Origin: Roseibacillus sp.
GTDB lineage: Bacteria; Verrucomicrobiota; Verrucomicrobiia; Verrucomicrobiales; Akkermansiaceae
Length of the DNA: 64,000 nucleotides
Direction: 5' to 3'
NCBI GenBank assembly: GCA_965242925.1
Contig: CBDEUM010000031.1
Span: 14,513-78,512 of the forward strand
The translations under genes were made by a program, and so were the position numbers. A model generated the notes under the pieces. It made no database searches. It was not told the DNA's origin and worked only from the letters and a program-made list of their open reading frames with translations. Positions 61,294-64,000 of the stretch are shown one piece after another; positions within the stretch are counted from its first letter, which is position 1, and each line of letters opens with the position of its first letter.

Positions 61294-62175
61294 TCACGAG
61301 CCCCCGGAGGACGCTCTTGCCGCATCAGCTCGGCTCCCCTGCTCCATTTTGGCCTCCGATTCCGCCATTTCCACGCTCTGGTTTGCAGGACTGAACAATT
61401 CATCAACCCGTTTTAACTCCACGGCGTGACCGCTGTCCTCATCCACTCCCACGATAACCCCACAGATCCGCACCGGCCCTTTTGCCACAGGAAATCTGGT
61501 CGGCAGGCCACTGCGAAACCGCCACACAACCGAGGCAATTTCACGTCCCAGCACCGATTCCGCCGGCCCACACATGCCTGCATCCGTCAGATAAGCAGTC
61601 CCCCGGGGGAAAATCTGCTCATCGGCGGTCTGCACGTGGGTATGGGTACCCACCACCAGGGAAACTCGCCCATCCAGTGCCCGTCCCATCGCAATCTTCT
61701 CGCTGGTGGCCTCCGCATGAAAATCGAGCAGGATAACCCGTACGTCCTCCGCGCGCATCGCCTCCACCGCCTCTTCCACCAACCTCAGAGGGTTTTCGAG
61801 GGGCGGATTCATGAAAACCCGTCCCTGGGCGTTGATCACACCCACCTTCCCCTTCGCCGTCTCCAGCACCACGCTGCCAGCCCCCGGGGCTCCTTCGGGA
61901 TAATTAATCGGCCGCAGAAGACGGGGCTCGGTGGGAAAATATTCCATGACCTCCCGCTGATCCCACACGTGATCCCCAGTGGTAATGACCGCTGCCCCCG
62001 CTCGCAGGAGATCGATCGCAATCTTCGATGTGATCCCTCTCCCCCCGGCCGCGTTCTCCCCATTCACCACCACAAAATCGAGGTTCTCTTCCTCCCGCAA
62101 CCCCCGCAGACGGGCCGTCACAGCCTTACGCCCCGGTTCCCCCACCACATCGCCCAAAAACAGGATTCTGATCAT
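61294..62175 (-). CDS. YmdB/TIGR00282 family metallophosphoesterase
   Basis: LFLGDVVG.PGR, NGENAAGG.G, DFHAEATSEK, GTHTHVQTAD, TDAGMCG. Confidence 0.93.
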   Translation of the reverse strand: MIRILFLGDVVGEPGRKAVTARLRGLREEENLDFVVVNGENAAGGRGITSKIAIDLLRAGAAVITTGDHVWDQREVMEYFPTEPRLLRPINYPEGAPGAGSVVLETAKGKVGVINAQGRVFMNPPLENPLRLVEEAVEAMRAEDVRVILLDFHAEATSEKIAMGRALDGRVSLVVGTHTHVQTADEQIFPRGTAYLTDAGMCGPAESVLGREIASVVWRFRSGLPTRFPVAKGPVRICGVIVGVDEDSGHAVELKRVDELFSPANQSVEMAESEAKMEQGSRADAARASSGGS

Positions 62176-62269
62176 TCTGCGAATTCTATGGTATAAAGCC
62201 GACCAGCGGGAAAACTCCGGGAAGTCAATCAGGTCCCTGCCGAACAACAACAGGATTCAACGGATCGCG

Positions 62270-63547
62270 ATGTCCAGCCGCCTGCGGAAAGCATCTCCCC
62301 TCTACCTTATTGGAGTAATCCTCCTCATCGGGATCCTCTACCCTCTCCTCACCCGGCTCCCGCGGATCGATTCCACCCCGGAACTCCCCGCCCCTGATCC
62401 GCGCCTCGCCAACCTCGGGACCCCTCCCGAGTGGACCGAACTCTCCAAGTATGATGGCGTCCTCACCCGGGCGGAATTCGAAACTGCCCTGACGGACATC
62501 TATCTCCTCGGAGAGAATCTGCACTTCGAGATCGGAGAGAACGCCGTCATGGTGGCCTCGGAGCTGTCCGCTCCCGGTCCTACAATCGCCTTTGCCCTCG
62601 GAGAGACCCGCCAAGCACCGCCGCGCTACTGGCGACCTGCGACTGAAATCCCTTCCGAACCCACCGGCCGACCCCTCGACGGAGTGCGCATCGCCATCGA
62701 CCCCGGTCACATCGGGGGCAAGTGGGCCCGCATGGAGGAGCGCTGGTATCAGATCGACGACACCACCCCGGTCACCGAAGGAGACATGACCCTGCGGACC
62801 GCCAGACTGCTCGCCCCACGACTTCAGTCCCTGGGAGCTACCGTGACCCTCGTCCGGTCGGCCAGCGAACCAGTCACCGAACTGCGCCCCGGGGACCTGA
62901 AGGAATACGCCGCCCGTCTCATGCCGGGGGCCCCGGCAGCAGAGGTCCTCGCCCGGGCCGAACAGCTCTTCTACCGCACTGCCGAGATCCGGGCCCGCGC
63001 CACCCTGGTCAATGAAACCATCAAGCCCGACCTCGTCCTCTGCCTTCACTTCAATGCCGAAAACTGGGGCGAGGATTCTGCCGAACCTCTTCTCTCGCCC
63101 CGCAACCACTTTCACATGATCCTCCACGGTGCCTACATGGACGGCGAAATCGCCCACGAGGACGAGCGCTTTGAGCTCATGCACAAGATTTTCCAGAAAG
63201 TGCACGAGGAAGAGTCCGCCCTTGCCGGCGCCCTCGCCGCCGCCTTCCTGGAAGACACCGGCCTGCCCGCCTACATCTATCGCCTGGGCAAACCGGCCCG
63301 GCGGATCGGTCCCGCCCTCTGGACCCGCAACCTCCTCGCCAACCGCCTCTACCAGTGCCCCGTTCTCTTCTTTGAACCCTACGTCATGAACAATGAAGAA
63401 ATCCACGCCCGGGTGCAGGCCGGAGACTACGACGGTAAAATGGAAGTAGCGGGAACCCTGCGCAAGTCGCTCTTCCGGGAGTATCGTGATGCCGTGGTGA
63501 AGGGGCTGGTGGACTACTATTCGTCTCGGAGAGGAAGCAACCCGTGA
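62270..63547 (+). CDS. Membrane-anchored N-acetylmuramoyl-L-alanine amidase-like (Amidase_3) protein
   Basis: N-terminal TM helix; IAIDPGH, EG, RARA, LCLHFNA, FEPY.MNN. Confidence 0.72.
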   Translation: MSSRLRKASPLYLIGVILLIGILYPLLTRLPRIDSTPELPAPDPRLANLGTPPEWTELSKYDGVLTRAEFETALTDIYLLGENLHFEIGENAVMVASELSAPGPTIAFALGETRQAPPRYWRPATEIPSEPTGRPLDGVRIAIDPGHIGGKWARMEERWYQIDDTTPVTEGDMTLRTARLLAPRLQSLGATVTLVRSASEPVTELRPGDLKEYAARLMPGAPAAEVLARAEQLFYRTAEIRARATLVNETIKPDLVLCLHFNAENWGEDSAEPLLSPRNHFHMILHGAYMDGEIAHEDERFELMHKIFQKVHEEESALAGALAAAFLEDTGLPAYIYRLGKPARRIGPALWTRNLLANRLYQCPVLFFEPYVMNNEEIHARVQAGDYDGKMEVAGTLRKSLFREYRDAVVKGLVDYYSSRRGSNP

Positions 63548-63623
63548 ATTGACAAATCCGATGCTGTTCCGGGTTTGCACTTCGCAGGCTTCTTTCTGCG
63601 GTTTACCGTCCAGCATTTACCAG

Positions 63624-64000
63624 ATGGATCGCCACCTTCTCATCGCCGGCCACGGCTACCTCGGCCAGGAAGTTGCCCGGCAGGCTTCCGGGACGGGCTG
63701 GCACGTCACCACCCTCTCCAGATCGGGTGACGACCGTGCCCTCCCCTGCGACCTCTCCAGCCCGGACCAGGTCGAACAGCTCAGGGCAGGAATTGAACCT
63801 CCAGCCACCATCATCTTCACCGCTTCCTCCAACCGGGGTGGGTCCGACGCCTACCGTAGTGTCTTTCTGGACGGCTCCCGACACCTCCTCGCCACCTTTC
63901 CTGAGTCTCATCTCGTCTTCGTCTCCAGCACGTCCGTTTATCACCAGATCGACGGCTCCCTGGTCACCGAAGAATCGCCTGCCGAACCGACGCGCGAAAC
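63624..64000 (+). CDS. NAD(P)-dependent epimerase/SDR-like oxidoreductase (partial, runs off the window; not in the ORF track)
   Basis: MDRHLLIAGHGYLG Rossmann motif, YRSVFLDG, FVSSTSVY. Confidence 0.85.
   Translation, partial: MDRHLLIAGHGYLGQEVARQASGTGWHVTTLSRSGDDRALPCDLSSPDQVEQLRAGIEPPATIIFTASSNRGGSDAYRSVFLDGSRHLLATFPESHLVFVSSTSVYHQIDGSLVTEESPAEPTRE

Overview
GC-rich bacterial chromosomal window, most likely Verrucomicrobiota (inferred from a PVC-type CxxCH dehydrogenase, a DUF1592/DUF1552 pair and Tat-signal TIM-barrel proteins). Most of it is housekeeping: purB, yceD-rpmF-plsX-fabH, tcdA, a 54-aa rpmJ missed by the ORF track, ruvB, xerC, coaX, metX, and the tRNA-Thr-tuf-tRNA-Trp-secE-nusG-rplKAJL-rpoBC cluster. 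The most unusual parts are: (i) a nitrogen-uptake locus with a consensus sigma-54 promoter, two Amt paralogues, no glnK and three tandem TorF-like porin genes, whose two outer copies are near-identical only within the CDS and sit behind different promoter types; (ii) a BlaI/MecI-type regulator read in frame into a histone-H1-like (PAKKKAAKRK)n tail; (iii) a POT peptide transporter with a large GspG-like extracytoplasmic insert; (iv) a reduced eboD-eboF pair; (v) a probable structured RNA between rplJ and rplL. Frameshifts in rpoB and purB suggest residual sequencing errors, so every single-base observation needs read-level checking. No CRISPR array, rRNA or transposase was seen. All family assignments come from motif recognition by eye, not database searches.
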